This document shows, piece by piece, positions 18,426-27,574 of a stretch of 46,094 bases of DNA. The stretch spans positions 1 to 46,094 of the forward strand of contig CAYNZS010000003.1 of NCBI GenBank assembly GCA_964401695.1, given 5' to 3'. The position numbers and the translations under genes are program-made. The number at the start of each line of letters is the position of its first letter. Position 1 is the first letter of the stretch. This stretch comes from an uncultured Nitrospirales bacterium. Lineage in GTDB: Bacteria > Hydrogenedentota > Hydrogenedentia > Hydrogenedentales > GCA-2746185. The notes under the pieces were generated by a model. The model was not told the origin of the DNA. It worked only from the letters and a program-made list of their open reading frames with translations, and did no database searches.

Positions 18426-21017
18426 TTACCCGTATCGCTTCGTGGTCCCGGGCCAGTCCCATCCGGCCAGATCGAATCGGCGGATGGCTACGTCGAAGAG
18501 GAAGAGGATCAGGGCCGCCACTAGGAGGTTGGGCCACAGCGGTTTGCGGCTGGGCACGGCGTCTGACTGATCGACGTGGAGGATTTCTTCGAGCGGCGTG
18601 TTGAAGCCGCCCCCGGTAATCTCGGCGAGTTCGCGGAGGAAATCTTCGTTGGTGGCGAGGCGCCGGTATTCGGGCTGGTAGGAGATGGTGTAGCCGCGCG
18701 TGTATTCGGAGTAGACGTCTTCTTCGCCATCGCCCGGCGTGGTTTGACGCACCTGGAAAAGGTAACTGCCCATTTCTTCCATGGGGAATTCGGCTTCGTA
18801 ACGGCCGGGCGCCGTCTGTTCGAGCGTTACATTTTCGAGCTCCAAGCCCGGTTCGACAATTTGCACGGTAGAATCGAGACCATTGACAAAGCGGCCGTTT
18901 TCGTCCACGTTATCCACCGTGATGCTGCCGCGATCGCCCCTGTAGGCGACGCGCGTATCGTTTCCCTGGCTTCGGGTAAAGCGCATGGTTCCACGAACGA
19001 CCTGCGCCCAGAACCGAGCGTAATCCGGCCAGCCCAGCCAGTCGGCCGCCCATCTACTCTTGGCGTCAGAGGCGAACGCCGCCGATCGGCCCAAACCATA
19101 CTGCCACAAGGCGAGTAGCGGGTCGCCCTTCTCGGTGACGAGAGCCACATCCGCGGTAGCTTTCGGCGTAGTCACGACGTACCCGAAGAGGAAGGGCGAC
19201 GCCTCCCAGTCTATGGAGCGGATGACTTGGTTCGCCCGAAAAACCTGCGGCAGGTAGGGCTCCTCGACGAGCGACGATTTCGACGCGGTCATGGTTTCTT
19301 TCGTGAAAATCTGTGGGATGTCGTAAGGGTCGTTCGTGAAATAGTAGCGGCCACGACCCCAACGGGAGATATCCTGGAGCAACGCGGTATCCGCGCCTTC
19401 GCCTATGGCCACCGAGGAGACCGTGATGAGACCGTCCACCATGTTGTCCACGATCCCCGCGAAATCGCCGGGCTGCGACTTGCCGTCGGTGAGCAGCACC
19501 GTATGCTTGAATGTGGCGGGAACCTGAGTCAACGCGTCATAGGCTTGCTCCAGCGCAGGATGGATGCTCGTGCCGCCGCCGGCCTCGATCGTTTCAATCG
19601 TCTGCGCGATCCCGATTCTGTTGCCGGCGCTTTGCAGCTTCACGGCCCAATAGGCCGCGCCATCGAACGCGACCACGCCCACGTAGTCCTTCTCGCCAAG
19701 GAGCTCGAGCGCGGCAATGGCGGCTTCCTTCGCAAGGTCAATTTTTTCGCCTTCCATGCTGCCCGATTTGTCAATGGCGAGCACCATGCCCAGGCTGGGG
19801 GTGTCCTTCTTCTTCTCCGAGCGCACACGGACGGGCAACGCGTCCTCTACGGCGGTTTGGTAGTAGCCGCCGAGCCCGAAGGAATTCTCGCCGCCGATCA
19901 TGATGAATCCGCCACCTAGATCTTCGACGTACGAACGGATCAGGTCCATTTGCTGGATCGACATTTCGGTGGCGGGGACATCCGACAAGATGAGCGCGTC
20001 GAAGGCGGCCAACTCGTCGAGCGTGGTCGGCATGCCCCGGCCTCCGCGCACTTCGACGCGCATGTTCTCAGCTCCCAACGCGCGGGCGAGGTAGCGCGCT
20101 TCCCGCTCCTCGCCCTCCAGCAGGAGAATGCGCGGCTCACCGGATACGTGCACGATGCCCGAAGCCACATTGTTGTCCACGAAAAAATCGGATTGGGCCG
20201 AGAGGCGCAACTCGTATTTCGTGAGGCCGTCGGTAGGTTCCGGCTCTTCGAAGGTCACCGAGTTTGCGCCCTCCTTCAACTCGATCTCTCGTTCGTCGAT
20301 CTTGAAGCCGTTGCGAAAAAGGGCGAAATTCGCCTTCGTTTCGAGCGATGAGTGCGCCACCGCCGTAATCGAGAAGGTCTGCCCTTTCTTCACCTCGGGC
20401 GGCACGGCCAAGTCTTCAAGCAGAATCTCGTCGCGCTCCTCGGCTTCGTAGGGAATCGTATAGATTTGGATGCCCCGCGCGGCGGCCCGTTTTGCCGCGG
20501 AGAGCGCGTCGCCCGATGTTTCGTTGCCATCCGACAGGAGCACGACACGCTTCACGGCGCCGGCGGGCATGACCTTGCGCGCGAGAAGGAGCGCGGCTTC
20601 GATGGACGTTGCGCCCTTCTCTGTTGGAAGTATCAGGTCGCTGGGGAAAGCGCAATTCGCGTCGACGGGCGCGGCGAGATCGGCTTCGGCGGCAAACAGC
20701 CCGAGGCCCATCATGTCGGGACGGAACGCATGGCCGGATGCTCCGCTCCAGAATCGCCGCAATTGCTCCTGGGCAGATTGCGCGACGCTGCCGGATGTGT
20801 CGCCAAGGACGAGCACGGCGAGATCGGTCGATCGGCGGACCCACAAGGTGCTCGCGAGGGCAAGCACGAGGAGGACGATAACGCTGGCCCGGATGGCCGT
20901 CGAAATGCCGAGGAGCAGTTTCGAGCTGTCGAGGAGCGTGTACCGAATCAGCAGGATGACCGCCGGCACGATCAGCAACAGTCCGAAAAGGCCCGGAGAT
21001 TCAAACTCGATGGGCAT
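18426..21017 (-). CDS. large membrane-anchored protein with two VWA-like domains (BatB-like, Bat/MoxR operon)
   Basis: 863-aa ORF. It has an N-terminal double TM region, a first VWA-like region (VLGDTSGS), a second VWA with a MIDAS motif (VLAIDKSGSM) and a C-terminal TM helix. It starts 9 nt downstream of the BatA-like gene. Confidence 0.8.
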   Translation of the reverse strand: MPIEFESPGLFGLLLIVPAVILLIRYTLLDSSKLLLGISTAIRASVIVLLVLALASTLWVRRSTDLAVLVLGDTSGSVAQSAQEQLRRFWSGASGHAFRPDMMGLGLFAAEADLAAPVDANCAFPSDLILPTEKGATSIEAALLLARKVMPAGAVKRVVLLSDGNETSGDALSAAKRAAARGIQIYTIPYEAEERDEILLEDLAVPPEVKKGQTFSITAVAHSSLETKANFALFRNGFKIDEREIELKEGANSVTFEEPEPTDGLTKYELRLSAQSDFFVDNNVASGIVHVSGEPRILLLEGEEREARYLARALGAENMRVEVRGGRGMPTTLDELAAFDALILSDVPATEMSIQQMDLIRSYVEDLGGGFIMIGGENSFGLGGYYQTAVEDALPVRVRSEKKKDTPSLGMVLAIDKSGSMEGEKIDLAKEAAIAALELLGEKDYVGVVAFDGAAYWAVKLQSAGNRIGIAQTIETIEAGGGTSIHPALEQAYDALTQVPATFKHTVLLTDGKSQPGDFAGIVDNMVDGLITVSSVAIGEGADTALLQDISRWGRGRYYFTNDPYDIPQIFTKETMTASKSSLVEEPYLPQVFRANQVIRSIDWEASPFLFGYVVTTPKATADVALVTEKGDPLLALWQYGLGRSAAFASDAKSRWAADWLGWPDYARFWAQVVRGTMRFTRSQGNDTRVAYRGDRGSITVDNVDENGRFVNGLDSTVQIVEPGLELENVTLEQTAPGRYEAEFPMEEMGSYLFQVRQTTPGDGEEDVYSEYTRGYTISYQPEYRRLATNEDFLRELAEITGGGFNTPLEEILHVDQSDAVPSRKPLWPNLLVAALILFLFDVAIRRFDLAGWDWPGTTKRYG

Positions 21018-21026
21018 AGTGTGGTT

Positions 21027-22934
21027 CTACTCCACCAAGCGCCGGTGGAATAGGCCCCATTCCACCGCGATCAATACCAGGGCAATCAATACGAGAAAAA
21101 ACCACGGCTCAAGCCCCAAACGGAAACCGTCCGAGATTTCGGGCAAGGGTCCCTCGGTAAGAACCGGCAAAGCATCCGAAGGCTGGATTCGGGATTCGCG
21201 GCGGCTGGCCATGTTCGCGGCGAAGAGGGGCGCCTGTTCGCCGCGATGGGTAACGGTACGGTAAATGCCCGCCCGGTCGATGGCAAGAAGCTTCGGTATC
21301 TCGCGCGCGCCGTCTGCGGATTCGCCGACTTCTTCGCCGGGCCGCAGGATCGAGAAGGTTTCCCCATCGCTGCCCTCGCGACGATGGACGCGCCGGGCCC
21401 GATCCTCCAGGTCGGCCTTGGTCAGAATGGCGCCAATGTCCAGCGAGTGCCAGTCTTCTCCTGCGTTGAACCCCTCCATAAACCGAATCGCGTTCGCCAT
21501 CAGAATGGGATAGGCGACACGCAGAGGGAGGTCCGATGACATGGTATCGAAGGTCAGAACCATCGAATAGCGGCCTTCGTCATCGCCGAGAGCGAGCAAC
21601 GTGTCCTCGAAAGACCGGATGAGCGGCGTGTAGCCTTCGGGCAGGCTGATCTGGCGCGCGGTCTCGATGGAGACATTCGCCAGGCGCAGATGGCGGTTGA
21701 TGGGGTGCTCCCGGTCAAACTCCGTAACTACAGGGTCTTCCACCTTTCCCGTCGTGGCGGGCGCGATGAACGCTGGCCATTCGCCGATGTAGATGGCATG
21801 GCCCACGGGCGCGCTCGCGGGAGGCGCCCGGTCGAAAATGGCCGTGACCGAAGGGCGTTTCTCGGGCGCGGCACCTGGGAGCGCCTCATACATCAAGGGA
21901 GTCACAACCGTGATGGCCACGTCGTTATCCGTGGCCAGCGCACTCTGCAAAAAGAGATTGCCCTCGGTTACGAGCAAGACCTCCATCGGATTCGGAAGGG
22001 GCAGCACGGCGTAGGCCGTATTGTCTAGCTGGAAGGGGTCATCGAAATCGAGAGTCACCCGAACTTCCCCGCTCGAACGGCTGAACTGAGAGACACTCCT
22101 GATCTCCCGCGCTCCGGCCTCGATGGTCAATTCGCCCGCGTCGATGAGATCCGAACCGGCCCGAATTTCGAATGGAATGGTCTGCTCGTCCACCGTTTCG
22201 TTCGCGGCCTCGAAGAGGATCTCAAAGTCGCGGGCCGACGCGGGCAGGGGGCGCGCTTCGAAGGCGGTGATGCCCACGTTCTCCGATGCTTCACCCGTTC
22301 GCAGATAGGCGAATTGGGTTTGTTCCGGAACCGCGACCGTAACTTCGTCAAACGCGCCGTCGCTAATCACGTAGACATAGGTTTCGCGGGAATCCGCGGG
22401 CAGGTCTTCAAGCAAATCGAAGGCGTCTTCAAAATGGGTCGAGCCGTGACTCGCCTCCAAGCCCGCGATGGCGTCCAGCAGTTCCTTGTGGCTGTTCGTA
22501 AAGGGAATGACCACATCGACGGTGTCCGACACGGTGGTCAGCATAAGCGTATCGCCCAGCGACATTCCGCGCACAACGTTTTCCGCCAAGGCCGCAGCTT
22601 TGCCGAAACGCGTGCCGCCGTCTTCTTCGGTTGTCATGCTGGCGGACGTGTCCAGGAAAAGGACGATGCGCCGCGCTCCAAGCATGTCTTTCGATAACAA
22701 GGGCCGGGCGAGGGCCAACGTAAGCAGGGCGATGAACAGCAGTTGCAGCAGGAGCGATAAGAGTTTGCGCAACTTCTTGAACGAAATAACGCTTTGTTCG
22801 TCGCGAAGGATCTGGTCCCAGAACATAAGCGTGGAAACCTGCATTCGCCGCCGCCGCTGCTTGAGGAGGTAAAGCAGCAGGACTGGAATGAAGAGTCCGA
22901 AGAAAGGCAGCGCTATTGGTGTCACGAATCCCAT
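21027..22934 (-). CDS. BatA-like protein (N-terminal double-TM aerotolerance-regulator domain plus VWA)
   Basis: 635-aa ORF. The N-terminus PIALPFFGLFIPVLLLYLLKQRRRR is typical of BatA N-terminal domains. It also has a VWA MIDAS-like LFLDTSASM motif and a C-terminal TM helix. Confidence 0.8.
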   Translation of the reverse strand: MGFVTPIALPFFGLFIPVLLLYLLKQRRRRMQVSTLMFWDQILRDEQSVISFKKLRKLLSLLLQLLFIALLTLALARPLLSKDMLGARRIVLFLDTSASMTTEEDGGTRFGKAAALAENVVRGMSLGDTLMLTTVSDTVDVVIPFTNSHKELLDAIAGLEASHGSTHFEDAFDLLEDLPADSRETYVYVISDGAFDEVTVAVPEQTQFAYLRTGEASENVGITAFEARPLPASARDFEILFEAANETVDEQTIPFEIRAGSDLIDAGELTIEAGAREIRSVSQFSRSSGEVRVTLDFDDPFQLDNTAYAVLPLPNPMEVLLVTEGNLFLQSALATDNDVAITVVTPLMYEALPGAAPEKRPSVTAIFDRAPPASAPVGHAIYIGEWPAFIAPATTGKVEDPVVTEFDREHPINRHLRLANVSIETARQISLPEGYTPLIRSFEDTLLALGDDEGRYSMVLTFDTMSSDLPLRVAYPILMANAIRFMEGFNAGEDWHSLDIGAILTKADLEDRARRVHRREGSDGETFSILRPGEEVGESADGAREIPKLLAIDRAGIYRTVTHRGEQAPLFAANMASRRESRIQPSDALPVLTEGPLPEISDGFRLGLEPWFFLVLIALVLIAVEWGLFHRRLVE

Positions 22935-23017
22935 GCTAACCCTGGGTGTGTATTGGTTTCTGTTGGTAGCGCGTACGCGCGCGAGTCATATTCTGTACGC
23001 GAACGCGCGAACCGCTT

Positions 23018-23047
23018 GGCCACAGAGTTCACAGAGAGATCCTCGTG
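23018..23047. repeat. CACAGAG-unit repeat (family D)
   Basis: GGCCACAGAGTTCACAGAGAGATCCTCGTG is closely related to 35780-35809 (GGCCACAGAACGCACAGAGAGGTTCTCCGTG). It overlaps the stop codon of the GxxExxY gene. Confidence 0.65.
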
Positions 23048-23394
23048 ATTCCTTCCACGAGCCGCTTCTCACCGAAATTGGCCAGCAATGCGCGCTTCAG
23101 TTGCGCAGCTTTCAAGTACGATAGCGTCTGAGCCATAGCAATTTCGGGGAGCCGAGTGACCCACTTCAACTCGATGATCACCTCTTGTTCCACAAGGACA
23201 TCTAGCCGCTGACCCTTGATCGCGTGGCCCTTATAAACGAGATCCATGTCAACCTGACGCGAAGATTCGATTGATCTCGAAGTAAGCTCATGGCACAGGG
23301 CTTCTTCATGGATGGACTCCAAGCGTCCTGGTCCGAGAAGCCGATGCACCTCGATGACCGCGCCGATAATTTGTTCCGTGAGCCTATCGCCCAT
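23029..23394 (-). CDS. GxxExxY-family protein (PD-(D/E)XK nuclease fold, PDDEXK_3-like)
   Basis: 121-aa ORF. The N-terminal IIGAVIEVHRLLGPGRLESIHEEALCHEL is followed by DLVYKG...RLDVLVEQEVIIELK and LSYLKAAQLKRALLANFG, the usual layout of this family. GAGGAG lies 6 nt upstream of the ATG. Confidence 0.8.
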   Translation of the reverse strand: MGDRLTEQIIGAVIEVHRLLGPGRLESIHEEALCHELTSRSIESSRQVDMDLVYKGHAIKGQRLDVLVEQEVIIELKWVTRLPEIAMAQTLSYLKAAQLKRALLANFGEKRLVEGITRISL

Positions 23395-23399
23395 GAGCT

Positions 23400-23417
23400 C
23401 CTCTGTGCTCTCTGTAC
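23400..23417. repeat. CACAGAG-unit repeat (family D), in inverted orientation relative to 23018-23047
   Basis: CCTCTGTGCTCTCTGTAC lies immediately upstream of the GxxExxY start and overlaps its RBS. Confidence 0.5.
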
Positions 23418-23472
23418 TACTAGCTTCAAGGATACTGAAATTGTTTTGCCTTTTTCACTTGACCCTCGACCT

Positions 23473-23570
23473 GTCATTGCGAGGGAGTCTTAGCGACCGC
23501 GGCAATCTCGCTTTCGCGAATTCGCCGGGCTGAAGAGATTGCCGCGTCGGCGGAACCTCCTCGCAATGAC
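23473..23570. repeat. 98-nt long-hairpin repeat (family B, GTCATTGCGAGG type)
   Basis: The outer arms GTCATTGCGAGGGAG and CTCCTCGCAATGAC are complementary. The inner arms CGACCGCGGCAATCTC and GAGATTGCCGCGTCGG are also complementary. A second family member is at 29647-29779. Confidence 0.75.
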
Positions 23571-23654
23571 GGAAATGGGCAGTTCCTCATATCGGGAGTT
23601 GTCATGGTTTGGTTGTGGCTTTGCCGCTCTATGTCCTCTGTGGCAAGAAAAATA

Positions 23655-24575
23655 CTATTGAAACAATTTCCCCCGCCGCAGCATGTGGATGATGGTGTCT
23701 TGAAAAAGGGTATCCGTGCTACAACGCACATAGCCGATCTCTTTGGATCGGCAAAATCGTTCGATGCCTTCGCAGTATTCGCTAAACGTCTCGCGGTATT
23801 TCCGCAACATGGCTTCCGTAAGCGTGACGTCGCGAAAGCGCTCCGATTCGCTATCCAGGATCCGCAGGTCGCCGATCAATTCGGGACGTTCTTCTTGCGG
23901 CGATACGACATGAACTATATAGGGTTCGAATTTCTGGATGCGCAGGATATTCAGCGCTCCGACCACGCCGTCCTTGTCGTACAAGTCGGAGATGACGATG
24001 GCTAAGCCACGCTTATGCTTGCTGGCGGCGAAGGATTTCAGCGATCCGTTGAGATTGGTTTCGCCTTCAGCCCTGCGCTCGCTGAGGAAATCCAACATGC
24101 GGAACACTTTTCCCCGGCTCCGGACGCGCAGCGTGTCGGAAGCGTGACGCGCCAAGTGCTCTGCGAAGGGCAGAATGTGGACCCGGTCCAAGCTGGCCAA
24201 GCCCAAATAGCCGATGGCCGCCGCGAGCCGGCGCGCATAGTGGAATTTATACGGCGCGCCAAAGTCCATCGAGCCCGAGCAATCGAGGAGGATGTAAATA
24301 TGCAGATCCTCTTCCTCTTCGAAGAGCTTCAAGAAGAGATGCTCGGTCCGGAAAAACACCGACCAGTCCATGAACCGGAAATCGTCGCCTGGCGAATAAG
24401 GTCGGTGGTCGGCGAATTCGACGCTGATCCCCTTTTGTCGGCTACGGCGCTCGGCTTTCATCTGGCCGGACAGGATCTTCCGCGCGATGATGTGGAGGTA
24501 TTCAAGCGCCTCCATGAAATGGTCCCCGAATACGGGGTCGTTGCGGTCGTCCAGATTGCGGGCGGTATCTGCCAT
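23655..24575 (-). CDS. DUF58 domain protein (MoxR-associated, VWA-like)
   Basis: 306-aa ORF with the DUF58 signature GISVEFADHRPYSPGDDFRFMDW...ILLDCSGSM. It starts 9 nt downstream of the MoxR gene. Confidence 0.85.
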   Translation of the reverse strand: MADTARNLDDRNDPVFGDHFMEALEYLHIIARKILSGQMKAERRSRQKGISVEFADHRPYSPGDDFRFMDWSVFFRTEHLFLKLFEEEEDLHIYILLDCSGSMDFGAPYKFHYARRLAAAIGYLGLASLDRVHILPFAEHLARHASDTLRVRSRGKVFRMLDFLSERRAEGETNLNGSLKSFAASKHKRGLAIVISDLYDKDGVVGALNILRIQKFEPYIVHVVSPQEERPELIGDLRILDSESERFRDVTLTEAMLRKYRETFSEYCEGIERFCRSKEIGYVRCSTDTLFQDTIIHMLRRGKLFQ

Positions 24576-24584
24576 GACAGCGAG

Positions 24585-25604
24585 TTAGGCCGCTACGGCT
24601 TTCGCCGACTCCAATACTTCACCGATGATCCTATCCGTCGAGATCTCTTCGGCTTCGCCTTCAAAGTTAAGGAGGAGGCGATGGCGCAACGCGGGTGTGG
24701 CGACGGCGCGGAGGTCTTCTTCGGCCACATTGAAACGCCGGTCGAGCAAGGCGCGAACTTTGGCGCCCAGGATGATGGCCTGCAGCCCACGCGGGCTGGA
24801 TCCGTACTTGACGTATTTGTTGATCAACCCCGTCGCGGTCTCATAACCGGGGTGCGTGGCTTTGATGAGTCCGGCGGCGTAGACCTCGAGATGGCCGGCG
24901 ATGGGCACGTCGCGCACCACGCCCATAAGCGTAAGGACCTTTTCTTCAGAGAGCGCCACGCCGGCCTTGGGTGTCTCGCGCTTCGTGGTGCGCCGGGCAA
25001 CTTCGACCAGTTCAGCCAACGAAGGCTCATCCACATTCAGCTTAAACATAAACCGGTCAAGTTGGGCTTCGGGCAGGGGATAGGTGCCCTCCATTTCCAG
25101 GGGGTTTTGCGTTGCGATGACGAAGAACGGCGGGCCGAGGTTCATCGTATCGCCCGAAACGGTCACCGATTTCTCCTGCATCGCTTCGAGCAAGGCCGAC
25201 TGCGTCTTCGGGGTGGCCCGGTTGATTTCATCCGCGAGCAGCACCTGCGAGAACACAGGGCCTTTTTGAAAGTCGAAATGCTTCTTGCCGTCCTCGTCTT
25301 CGACCACAATGCGGGTGCCGATGATATCGGAGGGCATCAAATCCGGCGTGAACTGGATGCGCGAAAAATGGCAATGCAACGTGTCGGCGAGGGTGTGCAC
25401 GAGCAGCGTCTTGCCGATTCCCGGAACGCCTTCGAGCAACACATGGCCGCCGGACAGCAGAGACGTGAGCACATCTTCGACTAAGTGGGATTGCCCGACA
25501 ATCACCTTGCCGATTTCCGCTTTCACATTGAGAAAGGCGTCCACAAAAGCCGCCGCATTGGTTTCAAATTCGCTCTGGTCGTTCACAGTATTCTTTTTCC
25601 TCAA
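24585..25604 (-). CDS. MoxR-family AAA+ ATPase
   Basis: Contains Walker A (LLEGVPGIGKT), Walker B (VLLADEINR) and the MoxR-typical ATQNPLEMEGTYPLPEAQLDRF block. The start is uncertain: TTG at 25604 or an in-frame GTG 18 nt downstream. Confidence 0.9.
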   Translation of the reverse strand: MRKKNTVNDQSEFETNAAAFVDAFLNVKAEIGKVIVGQSHLVEDVLTSLLSGGHVLLEGVPGIGKTLLVHTLADTLHCHFSRIQFTPDLMPSDIIGTRIVVEDEDGKKHFDFQKGPVFSQVLLADEINRATPKTQSALLEAMQEKSVTVSGDTMNLGPPFFVIATQNPLEMEGTYPLPEAQLDRFMFKLNVDEPSLAELVEVARRTTKRETPKAGVALSEEKVLTLMGVVRDVPIAGHLEVYAAGLIKATHPGYETATGLINKYVKYGSSPRGLQAIILGAKVRALLDRRFNVAEEDLRAVATPALRHRLLLNFEGEAEEISTDRIIGEVLESAKAVAA

Positions 25605-25711
25605 TAGTAGACAACGGTAGTCGATAACGAACGCGGACCGAGAGGATGCTGGCCACGCCCCATGCCGCGCCGGTGGCCGCCGCCTTCCGCGCCGTCCCGA
25701 CGGCTCGAACG

Positions 25712-27268
25712 CTACTCTTCGTCGACCGGTTTAATGGCCTGGAAATACCGCTTCACGTGGAACCGGTGGCTCAGCAGAATCTCCTCGCGCTCGATAGCCT
25801 GCTCGGCCACCGCCGCGTATTCCGCGTACAATTCTTTCGTACTCAATTGGCTCTCCGCCTCGTCCGCGTCGCCATATTCTATTTTCGTTTCCGTCGGGCC
25901 GCCGCCGATCATGCCCTGGATTTTCAAGAGCTCCCGGTAGCTGTCCGCGAGGCGGCTGGATTCGCCGAAGGGGTCGCCCGTAACGCCCCGCCCGGCCTCG
26001 AGGCCGCCCTTCCCGATACCATCCATGTCGACCGTTCCTTGCTGGCCGTTCACTTTTCCCTGCTCAAAGCCGTCGACGCCCAGGGCCGGATCATCTTCGA
26101 GACCCTCTTTGCCCCCCTTCGGGGCCTGGCCCAAGTTGAACTTTCTCACCTTAAAGCGGTTGAGGAAATCTTTCATCCGCCTCAGCTTTTCCACGTTTAG
26201 AACCTTGCTGGCCATGGACTGCGCGGCATCATTGAAACTGGCTGGGTTGGGATTCTTGAGGGCCGCCGCGGCCCTCTCCAAGTCGCCCTTGAAGGTGGAA
26301 GCGTCAGGAAATTCTCCAAATTCCGCCGCAGTCTTCTCCATGCTCTTCGCCAAGCGTGCCATTTCTTCTGGCGTTATGTCCAGCGCGGCCATCTTCTCAG
26401 CAAGTTTCTTCAGCGCTTCAGAGGCTTCGGAGAACTCGCCCTTCTCAAGCGCCGCGGCCACGTCCGCCCCCACCTCAGCGACCTCAAACGGAGCGGCAAG
26501 CGAATCGACTTCGTTCTCAAGGTTTTCCACGCCCATCTCGGTCATCTTGCGTTGGAGTTGATCGTCCATGCGCGCCAATTGGATCATGACGTCGCGCTCC
26601 CGAATCTCTCCCTCTCCGAACTGCCCTTCAACTTCGCGGAGCATCTCGAGCACTGCTTCCAATTCTTCGTTAGCCGTTTCGGCCAGGGCCTCCTCGATTT
26701 CCTCCTCCAGCGCGCGCAATTCCGACAACTGATACTCGGTGCGGGCATCGACAGGCGCTTCGACAAACTCGCCGGGCGCGTATTCGGGAACCAGAAAACT
26801 CACGGCGAATGCGGCTATCGCCAGCGGCAACAACGGGGAAGCACCCGGCATTCTGCGTCCAAACAGCGCCCCGTAGTTCAAAGCCGACGCATGGCTGACC
26901 GCGTCTTTGACTTGGACGCGCCGAGCCTCGTTCAACTCGCCATCATGCAAGAACTCCCACGCGCTCGACAGGCGGTTCTTCAGGGAGGCCCTATCGTCAA
27001 TGGTCAGAGCCGAACGAAAATGGGTGCCCAGCAGGGCCAACCCGAAGCAGAGGGGGGATAGGACGATAGCCAGCAAGGCAATCACTCCAACCGCGAGGGT
27101 CGCGCTGCTGCCGCCCCAGCGCTGGTCGATCGCGATGAGAATCGCAGCCACAGGGAGAGCAATGATAGCCGTCCGAACCGAGATAACCGTAGCCGACTGG
27201 GCAAAAATCTTCCGCCGCGCTCCTGAAAGCGCTGTCTTCAGCGTGTCCTTGTGGCTATGGGTATCCAT
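25712..27268 (-). CDS. hypothetical membrane protein with long acidic coiled-coil region (first gene of the Bat-type operon)
   Basis: 518-aa ORF. AAGGAG lies 6 nt upstream of the ATG. It has 3-4 predicted TM helices in the first about 170 aa, then an E/A/L-rich region, and a C-terminal ...LLSHRFHVKRYFQAI tail. I cannot assign a family. Confidence 0.6.
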   Translation of the reverse strand: MDTHSHKDTLKTALSGARRKIFAQSATVISVRTAIIALPVAAILIAIDQRWGGSSATLAVGVIALLAIVLSPLCFGLALLGTHFRSALTIDDRASLKNRLSSAWEFLHDGELNEARRVQVKDAVSHASALNYGALFGRRMPGASPLLPLAIAAFAVSFLVPEYAPGEFVEAPVDARTEYQLSELRALEEEIEEALAETANEELEAVLEMLREVEGQFGEGEIRERDVMIQLARMDDQLQRKMTEMGVENLENEVDSLAAPFEVAEVGADVAAALEKGEFSEASEALKKLAEKMAALDITPEEMARLAKSMEKTAAEFGEFPDASTFKGDLERAAAALKNPNPASFNDAAQSMASKVLNVEKLRRMKDFLNRFKVRKFNLGQAPKGGKEGLEDDPALGVDGFEQGKVNGQQGTVDMDGIGKGGLEAGRGVTGDPFGESSRLADSYRELLKIQGMIGGGPTETKIEYGDADEAESQLSTKELYAEYAAVAEQAIEREEILLSHRFHVKRYFQAIKPVDEE

Positions 27269-27574
27269 AGAAGACTCCTTGGCAAAAGCAAGAAACTCCC
27301 AGGCGGCACTTCGTGTGGAATCTGTGCCGCGCGCCGTTGTGCCCCTTCAGTACTACCCAGAAAAGCGGGATAAGTTCCGCTGCGCGAGGCTCTTCGCCGC
27401 TCGTCGGACGGGCAAACGAGCATGGAGTATAGCAAAGCGCCTACTTGCGTTGCATGTTGCCTCGGCCGGATGCGCGGGATTGCCCGCGTTTGCTATCATA
27501 CAGCGTCGCCCCCAAATCTGGGCGCAGCCCTTCAGTCATCAACGCCATACCTTAATCTGCACAGGAGCCACCTC

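Noticed and set aside
17239-18537. Long ORFs antisense to confident genes: this one, plus 641-1405, 2152-3027, 24015-25484, 27671-28906, 31730-33013, 40308-41231 and 43531-44613.
   Set aside because: They are typical shadow ORFs of a high-GC genome. They have Arg/Gly/Pro-rich composition and no motifs, and each fully overlaps a gene with clear family signatures on the other strand.
23473-23570. Integron attC site / gene-cassette interpretation of the hairpins flanking the GxxExxY gene.
   Set aside because: There are no RYYYAAC / GTTRRRY core sites at the ends, no intI gene, and no cassette array. The same hairpin family also occurs between convergent housekeeping genes.
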